DNA of 64,000 nucleotides from Laetmonice hystrix (Eukaryota): the NCBI GenBank assembly GCA_965235115.1, contig OZ249436.1:19284001-19348000 (forward strand), written 5' to 3'. Below are positions 25,496-38,984 of the stretch, piece by piece; the stretch's first letter is position 1, and each line of letters opens with the position of its first letter. Both the position numbers and the translations under genes were made by a program. The notes beneath the pieces were generated by a model. It saw only the letters and a list, made by a program, of their open reading frames with translations. It had not been told where the DNA came from and ran no database searches.

Positions 25496-26264
25496 ACGAC
25501 CTGTGGCCACCTTTTAGTGAGAGCTATGCTGTAGGAATCTACCTGTCAGGTTTCAAGGTCACGGCTATATTCTTTTCTTTTTTTCCACCCAAAATTCAAT
25601 TCGTCCTTCGGTAGACGCATTAAAACGATTACAAAAGTGTTGCTATGTTAAGCACCAGTCGGTGTGTTAAAAAAGCGGAAATATTCCTCGTCCTACGAAA
25701 GTGTCAGTTTGATCAGTGATTTTTAAAAACACAATCTGTTATATGTGACGCACCGTCAGCACGCCTCGATCGCGTGACCCGTCTTGGTGTCAAACTGAGA
25801 GGTTTCTGGAGCATGCAATCATCTTCGTTTAGGTGTCACAAGACAATATTTAATAACAGATCATATATAGTGCTGACGCTTAACATATATAAACCTTTTC
25901 TCCATGTTGAAAACCCATCGGTGTGTATTCTTCGTCTTTATAAGGCAATTTCTCAGACATACATATCACAACAAACATTAGAAACATTATTCTTGACGGG
26001 TTTAAACGATTAACCCTTTTAGAAATGTTCAGTCCAGGTGAAATCTGACCGTATTTTGTCATTGTGTCGGAAGGGATCCAAGAGGCGGGTTGAAAGGCAG
26101 AGGAACATGGTACTTGACAGTGGCTTCGATAATCAATACGATTAGGCGGCATCGATTAACTTGAGATTATCCCATAATCTCTTTCACTACACTTGTATAT
26201 TTGACACCCTCGCCTATCTGGACCCTATGTGCCCGTGATCTTGTGACCCCCCTCACCCCCCATT

Positions 26265-28165
26265 CCGAGGGAATGTACCATGTTTGAGAGAGTGAAGACA
26301 TTAACATTGAAGTCATTATCCGAGGGAATGTACCATGTTTGGGAGAGTGAAGATATTAACATTGAAGTCATTATCCGAGGGAATACACCATGTTTGGGAG
26401 AGTGAAGGCATTAACATTGAAGTCATTATCCGAGGGAATCCACCATGTTTGGGAGAGTGAAGATATTAACATTGAAGTCATTATCCGAGGGAATCCACCA
26501 TGTTTGGGAGAGTGAAGGCATTAACATTGAAGTCATTATCCGAGGGAATGCACCATGTTTGGGAGAGTGAAGACATTAACATTGAAGTCATTATCCGAGG
26601 GAATCCACCATGTTTGGGAGAGTGAAGGCATTAACATTGAAGTCATTATCCGAGAGAATCCACCATGTTTGAGAGCGTGAAGACATTAATATTGAAGTCA
26701 TTATCCGAGAGAATCCACCATGTTTGAGAGAGTGAAGGCATTAACATTGAAGTCATTATCCGAGGGAATCCACCATGTTTGGGAGAGTGAAGACATTAAT
26801 CCTTATCCGAGGGAATCCACCATGTTTGGGAGAGTGAAGACATTAACATTGAAGTCATTATCCGAGAGAATCCACCATGTTTGAGAGAGTGAAGACATTA
26901 ACATTAAAGTCATTATCCGAGGGAATCCACCATGTTTGGGAGAGTGAAGGCATTAACATTGAAGTCATTATCCGAGGGAATGTACCATGTTTGGGAGAGT
27001 GAAGACATTAACATTGAATGAAGTCATTATCCGAGAGAATCCACCATGTTTGGGAGAGTGAAGGCATCAACATTGAAGTCATTATCCGAGGGAATGTACC
27101 ATGTTTGGGAGAGTGAAGACATTAACATTGAAGTCATTATCCGAGGGAATGTACCATGTTTGGGAGAGTGAAGACATTAACATTGAATGAAGTCATTATC
27201 CGAGAGAATACACCATGTTTGGGAGAGTGAAGGCATTAACATTGAAGTCATTATCCGAGAGAATACACCATGTTTGGGAGAGTGAAGGCATTAACATTGA
27301 AGTCATTATCCGAGGGAATGTACCATGTTTGGGAGAGTGAAGACATTAACATTGAAGTCATTATCCGAGGGAATGTACCATGTTTGGGAGAGTGAAGATA
27401 TTAACATTGAAGTCATTATCCGAGGGAATACACCATGTTTGGGAGAGTGAAGGCATTAACATTGAAGTCATTATCCGAGGGAATCCACCATGTTTGGGAG
27501 AGTGAAGATATTAACATTGAAGTCATTATCCGAGGGAATCCACCATGTTTGGGAGAGTGAAGGCATTAACATTGAAGTCATTATCCGAGGGAATGCACCA
27601 TGTTTGGGAGAGTGAAGACATTAACATTGAAGTCATTATCCGAGGGAATCCACCATGTTTGGGAGAGTGAAGGCATTAACATTGAAGTCATTATCCGAGG
27701 GAATGTACCATGTTTGGGAGAGTGAAGACATTAACATTGAATGAAGTCATTATCCGAGAGAATACACCATGTTTGGGAGAGTGAAGGCATTAACATTGAA
27801 GTCATTATCCGAGAGAATACACCATGTTTGGGAGAGTGAAGGCATTAACATTGAAGTCATTATCCGAGGGAATGTACCATGTTTGGGAGAGTGAAGACAT
27901 TAACATTGAAGTCATTATCCGAGGGAATCTACCATGTTTGGGAGAGTGGAGACATTAACATTGAAGTCATTATCCGAGGGAATGCACCATGTTTGGGAGA
28001 GTGAAGACATTAACATTGAAGTCATTATCCGAGGGAATCCACCATGTTTGGGAGAGTGAAGACATTAATCCTTATCCGAGGGAATCCACCATGTTTGGGA
28101 GAGTGGAGACATTAACATTGAAGTCATTATCCGAGGGAATCCACCATGTTTGAGAGAGTGGAGAG
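26265..28165. repeat. 55-bp minisatellite (~34 copies)
   Basis: Unit CCGAGGGAATCCACCATGTTTGGGAGAGTGAAGACATTAACATTGAAGTCATTAT. Confidence 0.98.
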
Positions 28166-28198
28166 TTTAGATCTCCCGATACGGCACGGTCTGCGCTT

Positions 28199-28291
28199 CA
28201 CTCTCCCATCCACTCTCCCTCTAGCAGCCACTCTCCCTCTAGCAGCCACTCTCCCTCTAGCAGCCACTCAGGATGCAGAAGCCACTCTCCC
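28199..28291. repeat. Short ~19-bp tandem repeat
   Basis: CCACTCTCCCTCTAGCAG repeated 3-4 times. Confidence 0.8.
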
Positions 28292-28611
28292 GCATGTGGT
28301 CAACGATTGAATAAGTGCAAAAGTACGTCGAAAACGTCCAGTGGTAACCCAATAAAGATTGGGTGATTCGAACATGGAACGCTCAGGCTAAACGGGTCAT
28401 TACGTGCCTCAATAACATGGTAGTCGGACGACATCCTATATATAGAGTGTTCACGCCCGCCATTCAAACCCAGCATCCAACACGGTCACCTGTTAGACGC
28501 CGTCCTTCCCATAATGCATCTTCCTGGCCGCCACCAATCAGAGAGATGTGAAGAACTGGATTACTTCCGGTGGTCGAAGGTCGATTCTAGAGCTTGCTCC
28601 CCCGGAGAAAT

Positions 28612-30888
28612 GGGTTGATCTCGTACATAGTCTAGGCTCCCCTGTAGACAGGGGTTGATCTCGTGCAGAGTCTAGGCTCCCCTGTAGACAGGGGTTGATC
28701 TCGTTCAGAGTCTAGGCTCCCCTGTAGACAGGGGTTGATCTCGTACAGAGTCTAGGCTCCACTGTAGACAGGGGTTGATCTCGTACAGAGTCTAGGCTCC
28801 CCTGTAGACAGGGGTGGTCTCGTACAGAGTCTAGGCTCCCCTGTAGACAGGGGTTGATCTCGTACAGAGTCTAGGCTCCACTGTAGACAGGGGTTGATCT
28901 CGTACAGAGTCTAGGCTCCCCTGTAGACAGGGGTTGGTCTCGTACAGAGTCTAGGCTCCACTGTAGACAGGGGTTGATCTCGTACAGAGTCTAGGCTCCC
29001 CTGTAGACAGGGGTTGATCTCGTACAGAGTCTAGGCTCCCCTGTAGACAGGGGTTGATCTCGTACAGAGTCTAGGCTCCCCTGTAGACAGGGGTTGATCT
29101 AGTCCAGAGTCTAGGCTCCCCTGTAGACAGGGGTTGATCTCGTACAGAGTCTAGGCTCCCCTGTAGACAGGGGTTGATCTAGTCCAGAGTCTAGGCTCCC
29201 CTGTAGACAGGGGTTGATCTCGTACAGAGTCTAGGCTCCCCTGTAGACAGGGGTTGATCTAGTCCAGAGTCTAGGCTCCCCTGTAGACAGGGGTTGATCT
29301 CGTACAGAGTCTAGGCTCCCCTGTAGACAGGGGTTGATCTCGTACAGAGTCTAGGCTCCCCTGTAGACAGGGGTTGGTCTCGTACAGAGTCTAGGCTCCC
29401 CTGTAGACAGGGGTTGATCTCGTTCAGAGTCTAGGCTCCCCTGTAGACAGGGGTTGATCTCGTACAAAGTCTAGGCTCCCCTGTAGACAGGGGTTGATCT
29501 CGTGCAGAGTCTAGGCTCCCCTGTAGACAGGGGTTGATCTCGTACAGAGTCTAGGCTCCCCTGTAGACAGGGGTTGATCTCGTACAGATTCTAGGCTCCC
29601 CTGTAGACAGGGGTTGATCTCGTACAGAGTCTAGGCTCCCCTGTAGACAGGGGTTGATCTCGTACAGAGTCTAGGCTCCCCCAGAGACAGGGGTTGATCT
29701 CGTACAAAGTCTAGGCTCCCCTGTAGACAGGGGTTGATCTCGTACAGAGTCTAGGCTCCCCTGTAGACAGGGGTTGATCTCGTACAGAGTCTAGGCTCCC
29801 CTGTAGACAGGGGTTGATCTCGTACAGAGTCTAGGCTCCCCTGTAGACAGGGGTTGATCTCGTACAGAGTCTAGGCTCCCCTGTAGACAGGGGTTGATCT
29901 CGTACAGATTCTAGGCTCCCCTGTAGACAGGGGTTGATCTCGTACAGAGTCTAGGCTCCCCTGTAGACAGGGGTTGATCTCGTACAGAGTCTAGGCTCCC
30001 CTGTAGACAGGGGTTGATCTCGTACAGAGTCTAGGCTCCCCTGTAGACAGGGGTTGATCTCGTACAGAGTCTAGGCTCCCCTGTAGACAGGGGTTGATCT
30101 CGTACAGAGTCTAGGCTCCCCTGTAGACAGGGGTTGATCTCGTACAGAGTCTAGGCTCCCCTGTAGACAGGGGTTGATCTCGTACAGAGTCTAGGCTCCC
30201 CTGTAGACAGGGGTTGATCTCGTACAGAGTCTAGGCTCCCCTGTAGACAGGGGTTGATCTCGTACAGAGTCTAGGCTCCCCTGTAGACAGGGGTTGATCT
30301 CGTACAGAGTCTAGGCTCCCCTGTAGACAGGGGTTGATCTCGTACAGAGTCTAGGCTCCCCTGTAGACAGGGGTTGATCTCGTACAGATTCTAGGCTCCC
30401 CTGTAGACAGGGGTTGATCTCGTACAGAGTCTAGGCTCCCCTGTAGACAGGGGTTGATCTCGTACAGAGTCTAGGCTCCCCTGTAGACAGGGGTTGATCT
30501 CGTACAGAGTCTAGGCTCCCCTGTAGACAGGGGTTGATCTCGTACAGAGTCTAGGCTCCCCTGTAGACAGGGGTTGATCTCGTACAGAGTCTAGGCTCCC
30601 CTGTAGACAGGGGTTGATCTCGTACAGAGTCTAGGCTCCCCTGTAGACAGGGGTTGATCTCGTACAGAGTCTAGGCTCCCCTGTAGACAGGGGTTGATCT
30701 CGTACAGAGTCTAGGCTCCCCTGTAGACAGGGGTTGATCTCGTACAGAGTCTAGGCTCCCCTGTAGACAGGGGTTGATCTCGTACAGAGTCTAGGCTCCC
30801 CTGTAGACAGGGGTTGATCTCGTACAGAGTCTAGGCTCCCCTGTAGACAGGGGTTGATCTCGTGCAGAGTCTAGGCTCCCCTGTAGAC
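28612..30888. repeat. 40-bp minisatellite (~57 copies, highly homogeneous)
   Basis: Unit GGGGTTGATCTCGTACAGAGTCTAGGCTCCCCTGTAGACA. Confidence 0.99.
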
Positions 30889-31009
30889 TTGTATTTAACT
30901 ATTATTTTCGTTTTAACTTGTATTTAACTTTTAGTATTTAGTGCGTATTTAACCACTTGTATTTAACCAATGCGGTCCGATATTCCCAATGGAATTCCAG
31001 CTATAGACA

Positions 31010-31146
31010 TACAGATCTCGTTACTTGAGACTGTGACCTTTATGACAGCTCTCGTTACTTGAGACTATGACCGATATGGCAGATCCCGTTACTTGAGACT
31101 GTGACCGATATGACAGATCCCGTTACTTGAGACTTATGACAGATCT
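31010..31146. repeat. ~33-34-bp tandem repeat (~4 copies)
   Basis: Unit ACAGATCCCGTTACTTGAGACTGTGACCGATATG. Confidence 0.85.
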
Positions 31147-31458
31147 TGTAACTTTTGTTTTTGCGCTAGTGACCGGTTTAGCGAACCGTCTCCGTTATTT
31201 GACCGCCCAATATAACATTGGACACTCGATTCGCTGAAGGCATTGTACGGGTAGCAAGAAACAAGGCCTCTACAAACCTGGTCTAATGGAGTACATATGT
31301 CCCCCAGGTCACCTGTCTGCGGTATGTGCATTGCATCAAGTACATTGATCTGCGAGGATGACCTACTCGACCCCGGCCCTTCATCCTTCACCCCTTGACC
31401 TCTTCCTCTATACCATCACAGAATCGGACATAACATTGTTCTCGTCCAGAGTGATGGA

Positions 31459-32104
31459 TTAGAGTGACCAGACGGTTCTACCTGTATACTATGACCGGTC
31501 AGGGAGACTGAGGTATGTGTTAGAGTGACCAGACGGTTCTACCTGTATACTGTGACCGGTCAGGGAGACTGAGGTATGTGTTAGAGTGACAAGACGATCC
31601 TACCTGTATACTGTGACCGGTCAGGGAGACTGGGGTCTGGGTTAGAGTGACAAGACGGTCCGACCTGTATACTGTGACTGGTCAGGGGGACTGAGGTCTG
31701 GGTTAGAGTGAAGGGTTAGAGCGACCAGACGGTCCTACCTGTATACTGTGACCGGTTAGGGAGACTGTGGTCTGGATGAGAGTGACCAGACGGTTCTACC
31801 TGTATACTGTGACCGGTTAGGGAGACTGTGGTCTGGGTTAGAGTGACCAGACGGTCCTACCTGTATACTGTGACTGGTCAGGGGGACTGAGGTCTCGGTT
31901 AGAGTGAAGGGTTAGAGCGACCAGACGGTCCTACCTGTATACTGTGACCGGTTAGGGAGACTGGGGTCTGGGTTATATATATAGAGTGACCAGACGGTCC
32001 TACCTGTATACTGTGACTGGTCAGGGGGACTGAGGTCTGGGTTAGAGTAAAGGGTTAGAGCGACCAGACGGTCCTACCTGTATACTGTGACTGGTCAGGG
32101 AGAC
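31459..32104. repeat. ~61-bp minisatellite (~10 copies)
   Basis: Unit TTAGAGTGACCAGACGGTCCTACCTGTATACTGTGACCGGTCAGGGAGACTGAGGTCTGGG. Confidence 0.94.
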
Positions 32105-32162
32105 CGACGTTTGGCTGAGACACGTGAAGATGAAATGGTCGTGTTGGTGATGATCTTCTCGC

Positions 32163-32505
32163 TGCCATCGGCTCTGGGAATATAGAAACAGGAGGGTCCG
32201 TTACAGCAGTCTGAACTGGGTCAGTTAGGCCTACTGACGACAATAAGTTACAACTGCCATCGACTCTGAGAATATAGCAACAGGAGGGTTAGTTACTGAC
32301 GACATTAAGTTACAACTGCCATTGACTCTGAGAATATAGCAACAGGAGGGTCAGTTACTGACTACATTATTTAAGTTACAACTGCCATTGACTATGGGGA
32401 TATAGAAACAGAAGGGTCAGTTACTGACGACATTAAGTTACAACTGCCATCGACTCTGAGAATATAGCAACAGGAGGGTCAGTTACTGACGACATTAAGT
32501 TACAA
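32163..32505. repeat. ~62-bp minisatellite (~5 copies)
   Basis: Unit GTTACTGACGACATTAAGTTACAACTGCCATCGACTCTGAGAATATAGCAACAGGAGGGTCA. Confidence 0.9.
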
Positions 32506-33721
32506 ACAATCTGAGGACATATAAGTACAATAGTTAGATCAATTTGGGTTAAAATTATCAACAGGGTCCACTGATCGTCTCATTTAAATGTCCTTCGCCG
32601 ATAATTCCTTAAAATGTTGAAAAAATAATTATTGTTACAGCGATCTTTATCATTCACTCGATACTCTTGTTAGGGATGTTGACCAAGTTCCAAAGCAAAG
32701 GTTGAGCGATAGAGGCATGTACATACATGTACAAATTTATGTACACCAGCGGTCAGTGTGAAACCTAGTGAATAGGGACTGCAGGGACTGTTACATGGTG
32801 GCAGGGAGGGGAAGGGGCAGGAAGGGGGGTAGGCTGAGGTCCTCTGAGACAACTGATCGATCTTTTCTCACTCGGTTGTACAATATTCATAGTCTAGCCA
32901 ATTGCGAATTAATCCTGACGTGGCTAGGTACTGGAAGGTCACGACCCTCGGACCATACCCGACAGTTGTGTCACTGGGATTAGACGTCCATAAGGGGTTC
33001 AATAGGACATCATCAGATTATCACAATTCACATCAAATCACTCCACTCAAAAATGGACGAACGGTAACTCATGTTGTATGTCACACACGGAGATCGAGAC
33101 GCAATCAAACCACACAGATTTATTTGTAAGGAACGATCGTGGTATGAACATACGATATACAAGGGTAAATTATAATGGAGTCATATAATGGAAGATCAGT
33201 GTTTTTATTGTTTTTGGTGGTAATTGCGGTTTTTGTTTGTTTGAAAGATTCGCACCCTTCTCGGTCGCTTCGCAATATCGCCGGTGAGTTCCACCTACAC
33301 TGAAAAGAAACTCCCCCAAATAATTACGTTTTGCGAGACCCCCCTACGTTTTGAGTCTTTTTGTCGTTACAAAAACCGCTCCTGCACGTCCAAATACCTC
33401 TGGACACAGAGAACACAGGCAGGGTGGGTCTGCAAAGACCCTGTAAATGTTCCCTTAATCTGAGGGTTAACTTTGGATCCTTTGTGACTTACATTCACCC
33501 CAAGAAGGCCGTCAGTAGGTCAGTGGTTTAATTCCCTGCTCGGGCGTCACAGGATCCAGGTTAGGATCCATTCCGTGCCTTGCACCACAAACTTTCTCTC
33601 TGTGCCATCCGTGTCAGTCAGACGCCCGGAATCATGACGTAGCGTCCCTCAGCAGACGAACGCTCGCCCGCCGGCGTCTTATCACGTCTATATTTAGTAA
33701 GCCCCCGGATAGCGTTCCCTG

Positions 33722-35992
33722 GGGGCCGTTGCATAAAAGGCCGCTATGTGTACGGGTTCCCGTTAAGTGTCTAACGGGTACCCTAGCGGACCAAAGTGTT
33801 GCAGGGACCTCAGTGGGAAACCCCGCTAGTGATCAAGTGTTGCAAAGTGCACAGTCGAGCGTGACCCGGCACCCGTTAACCGCTCCTCGCGGGCTATTTT
33901 GAGATGTTTTTAACCTGTACCTCGGGAGGTGCAGGTTAACACTAACGGGAATCCCGCAAAATGCTGACATATGTGTTTTTTTGGTATCTTCATGAAGTCA
34001 TCGTAATCATTGGGGCGTCGTAATATGTATATTGATCTAACCATTTAATTTGTGATATCAGTGGCGGCGCTAGGGTTATATTGTGTGACTCGGGGTAACA
34101 TAAAACATAAGTATGAAATATCTCCGTAAGTAATAAACAATCATTTATTGACCATTAGTAAACATATCGCATATTGGCGTCCGTGTATGTGTAGTGGGTA
34201 CAGATGGGCCATTGTGCGAATTGTAGTATTGCAGCCGTGTCCTCCATGTGAGTTCACCTGTGACAACGCCCCGGGAAATGTGTGCCTGACTCTGAAATCC
34301 GCAAAGAGAAAACATATCGTTGATAAAAACAGTATAGATATACATTTCCACATGTCCAAAGGGCGAAACACATACGGCGCGGGCGGCAATCTAAAATACA
34401 CTGAACGCGGGGTTTTCTGAGCGGCGTATGGGCGACTCTCCAACTTAGGAGCAAATTGCAATTTGCAGACATGGAAATATTTTTGCATCTTGGAGTCTTT
34501 TTTTATCACAAAACTAGATATGTCATGACTCCAAAAACAAACGAGTAGCGCACTTTTATACGTTTTTGTAACTTTTTTTCCAACTGCAAATAAGCAACAG
34601 AAAGTCGATGTGTAAAATCCATAAAAATCTATTTATTGTTATTTGCTTAATATTAATTTCGATTATTCTTACTCTTTACTTACGGCTAATTGTATGGGAG
34701 CACTTCCAAAATGCTCACAAGAAAATGTTCTGTCATGGAGGTGACTAGGCCGAAGATGATTTTGGTATCATTGGTATCAATGAAATTGAAATAAATGTGG
34801 TTCAAAAACATTCTATGTGATCTCTTTCATATGCCATTTGTGTTGATCAGTTTCTATGCTTTTATAGATGTAACGGAGCTGATGGATGAATAAAGCTATA
34901 ATTTGTTTCTTCACTTTTGTTTAAAATATAGATATGTTGAAAGATTCTTTAAGACGGAAGGTGAACCATGCACCTTTAAGTTCATCTCAGAAAACAAATC
35001 ATTTTGATTGGTTCCTTAATTACCTCTAATATACAGCAATAGCTCGAGGATAGCGGCAGTTAGTTGTAACAGAGTTGATAAAAAAATTCAGGACAGAGCT
35101 TTGGGGGTTCAGCATGATAAAAGTAGATCTATGGATATATAGGCCTAAACTAAAATTTTCAGAACACAAAGTTCTAATTCTGTTCAGTTCAACTCTAAAA
35201 CCTTATATGAGCCTAAGATTAGATCTATTATAGTGTGGGACAATTTCACATTGCGGGGGGGGGGCAAAAGATATTCTCGCCCTTTCTTACTCTTTACTTA
35301 AGGCTAATTATATGGGAGCACGTCCAACGGAGATGATTTTGGTATCATTGGTAAATTTCACATTGGGGGAGGGGGGGGCAAAAGTTTATCTCGCCCCCCC
35401 CCCCTTTAAAATTCTCGGCGCCCCTGATCTTACTTTTCGATCCAGTTATTTGACGCCCACTGGTCATTTGCGAGGCGCGGCATTGTCAACCAGTCGTTCA
35501 CTCAGTGCACTTGCACTCGGCCATGCACTGTTTGTAAACACTCCCATACGCAATAGTATTTTCAAAATAACATGTTTGTTCGCGTGACATGTAGGCTTAT
35601 ACGCATTGGGCGTTCCGTGTCTAACGTTTGTTATGTACAACACTTGTGAGTAGTTCCCCAAGCAATGATTACTAGGAAATACCATGATTTGTCTTACCTT
35701 GCAGACGACACTGGCGGGGAGCGATAATACATGTGTTCGGCTTCTTCTTCGGTGTCTCACTCCAGTTGTGTCACGCGCATTTATTTACGGGAATTATTAA
35801 CGGGTTCCCACTATAGTGCGGGGGCCCATAACATGATTAACGGGAAATGAATTTAACGGGTTTGGCGTTTAGTGGGATCCCGTTAGGTGGTGTTGTGCAA
35901 CGCTTTTTCACACTAACTTAACGGGACCCACTAAACGCGACCCCGCTAACCTTCGTTATGGCATAACTAGTGGGATTTTATGCAACGGCCCC
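33722..35992. mobile_element. Non-autonomous PIF/Harbinger-type DNA transposon (2.27 kb) with nested fragments
   Basis: Perfect 17-bp TIR GGGGCCGTTGCATAAAA ... TTTTATGCAACGGCCCC and 3-bp TSD CTG (33719-33721, 35993-35995). Subterminal AACGGG/AGTGGG repeats occur at both ends. There is no transposase ORF. Confidence 0.88.
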
Positions 35993-36604
35993 CTGTCATT
36001 GTTTGGCGCCATAGAAACGACGTGACTTCTTACGGGACGCTGTGCCCGTCCAGAGGATCCGTGGCGCCTATAGACTCTCGTGTTGACGCTAATACTGGAT
36101 CACAAATAGTGCTCACCTCCGTCATTGTTCTCGTGAAGGTCCCTCGTCTTTTCTTCTCTCTCATTAATGTCAAAGTATTGTCACACATTAAAGGAGGGAC
36201 TTCGGGGGGGGCAAAGCTATCCGACTCGAAGGTCAGCGGGGAAGGTTGGGGGTTCTTGGATCTGGCACCTGTTTCAAAATATCCATGAAAATCAATGCAG
36301 AAAGTTAAAGTGTCTGTGTTTTCGTCGGCCACCGTAACCCCGCTTAGCGTAAAGCTTGCTGCTTAGGGCCTTTCTGAAACCGGGACAAAGACGGATGTCC
36401 ATGGAAATGATTTAAGAGACTCCAGCCCATAGAGAATACTCGGTACGTTACACATGGGGACCAACAGTTCTGAGTTCTGTATCGGAGTATCCTCAGGAAG
36501 TTCAGGCGACTTTCAACATTCTTTATCTATGTGAAATAAATGGTACGACTCCAATTATGATACTATTGATAACTGAGTCGGCGGCATTGAAAATTCAATT
36601 GAAA

Positions 36605-37040
36605 ATGGGGTGAAAGTTGAACATTGGCTAGTTCCTGTCAATGGTGTGAAAGTGGAACATTGGCTAGCTCCTGTCAATGGGTCAATGGTGGGAAAGTGGA
36701 ACATTGGCTAGCTCCTGTCAATGGGTCAATGGTGGGAAAGTGGAACATTGGCTAGCCCCTGTCAATGGGTCAATGGTGGGAAAGTGGAACATTGGCTAGC
36801 CCCTGTCAATGGGTCAATGGTGGGAAAGTGGAACATTGGCTAGCCCCTGTCAATGGGTCAATGGTGGGAAAGTGGAACATTGGCTAGCCCCTGTCAATGG
36901 GTCAATGGTGGGAAAGTGGGACATTGGCTAGCCCCTGTCAATGGGTCAATGGTGGGAAAGTGGGACATTGGCTAGCCCCTGTCAATGGGTCAATGGTGGG
37001 AAAGTGGGACATTGGCTAGCCCCTGTCAATGGGTCAATGG
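36605..37040. repeat. 44-bp minisatellite (~10 copies)
   Basis: Unit ATGGTGGGAAAGTGGAACATTGGCTAGCCCCTGTCAATGGGTCA. Confidence 0.96.
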
Positions 37041-37513
37041 CGTAATTCTGTCGTCTCGATTCGATTTGCAGTTGTGCCATGGAAATTATTTAGAACAAAT
37101 TATTTTCCAAATTTGTCTGCATTAGTGTCTTAACATTTATATTGCTGAATAACGTGAAAGTTTTTCAAGTCAGTGACTATTGTATCGTCAATGACCTAAG
37201 TCAATGAGTAAAAAGCCGTGCTGCCCTAGCTCATTGATGTCACCTAGTATGGACCACAGCAATTATGTCGATTATATATGGGGTTCGGTGCTATCAACAG
37301 ATGGTACCATCAAGCTATCGGCGGTATACACTCAGGCTAAAGCATTCGTCATCAATCAAGAATGCACATTACCTAACAAATTTTAACGTTACTGTAGCAT
37401 TGGAATGAGTTACCGTTAAAGATTATCGAGGCTTTAAAGCGGTCGTTTTACTGTATGGTTTTCAACACATATGTGTTTGCTAGAATTAGTCACAATGCTA
37501 TAGGCTCAAGTTG

Positions 37514-37613
37514 CCAAATGGTCGTGACGTCATAAGATGAACGCTACAAGATGCTAATCCTAACTGTAGCCCTTACTCATTATCGCTCCTTTGGTGACGT
37601 CACGGCCATTCGG
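37514..37613. mobile_element. Small degenerate inverted-repeat element
   Basis: CCAAATGGTCGTGACGTCAT versus GTGACGTCACGGCCATTCGG (17/20 complementary); no TSD. Confidence 0.4.
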
Positions 37614-37890
37614 TCGATTTTCCCCTGCCATTTGCTATCATTTTGATTTGAAGATATGGAACCCACTCTGCGATATGGACTTACCATCGAACGTCATCGC
37701 CATTGGAATCATTATGGAAGTGGGGTTCGTACTTTGAAGGGTCGTGTATAGAGGAGGCCGTGAAGGTTGAGCAGCTCGGGCCTATTCCTATAGACTGTGA
37801 ATCAATCACGGTTACAACTTAATGCCATTACGTATACGAATCCCTGCCTGACAAAATGTTATATTTATCATTCCCGATGAACATAATGGG

Positions 37891-38250
37891 CAGAGGCGTA
37901 GGAAGCACTTTAAAAGTGTGTGGGGGGGGGGGGGGGGGCAACAGGGCCATGCGCAGGATTTTTCGAGGGGATTACAGTTTGGCGGGGGGACTGGGCGAGC
38001 GCCGAAGGCGCGAAGCCATGCTAGGGGGTCCCCCCGAAAAAAATTGAAATTTATAGTGTAATATTTGGTGACATTTGGTGCATCTTAAAGCACAAAATAA
38101 GGTCGGAAATGTGAGAAAATACCCTCCCCCCATAGACTTCCAATGGCAAAAGTCAAGGGGAGGGAAAAGGGGGGGCAAAAGATACTCTGGTCCCCCTCAT
38201 TTCAAAGTGGGGGGCCATGCCCCCCTGGCCCCCCTTTTCCTACGCCCCTG
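37891..38250. mobile_element. hAT-like GC-tipped MITE (360 bp)
   Basis: TIR CAGAGGCGTAGGAA ... TTCCTACGCCCCTG, poly-G/poly-C subterminal tracts and an internal GCGCCGAAGGCGC hairpin. The TSD is not clearly preserved. Confidence 0.75.
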
Positions 38251-38984
38251 ATGGACGGACCGAAAAAAATCAGGCAATCTGTACAGAATAAATAATAAAA
38301 GCAGTATGAATCCTACAATTCATTGGGACCCGAAGCCCCTGAAGCACGCCTGGGTCGTCCAGGTGGGCGCTCACATAGATGTACAGACAGGGACGGTGAG
38401 AGGGTCGGCGTCCATATCCTTGCTGTCACCTGTCAATAAATGAACTGGTTTACGACAATCCCATGCCCCCTCCGCGCCACCTGGCGACGCCGCTCGCGCA
38501 AAGGTCACGTGACTTGGGCGTTATCGGCAGGTTTTAACGGTATGTTATCGAGAAAGACCGCTTTGAAATCCAACTACCAAACTAACAGTCTGATGCGTTT
38601 TAAATTTGTATTTATGTTGTGGGTCTATAGACACTATCACCTTTAGACTAACCTTTTCATTGTGAAGAAACCAGTCAGGCGTGTTCATCAGATTATGGGT
38701 ACGGGACATATTGGGCCCGATCATCGCCAATGGTCGCAAATCTAGAGCATTTATAGGCCTAGATCCCATGCGTGAAGGTAGAGACTCTCTGACAAGATTC
38801 GACCTTATGCCTACATCTCTTTTAATTTCATGATTATCTGTTTAAAGAATATTCTTTTCCTACATACTTATTAACGCAAACGACTTGAAAATCTGTCAGC
38901 ATCTCTCAACGCGACTAAGATTCGTTGGTCCCATACTACCGCCTCCTAGCGGCTACCGTCATAAGTCCTCCATCCGGGCATGTA

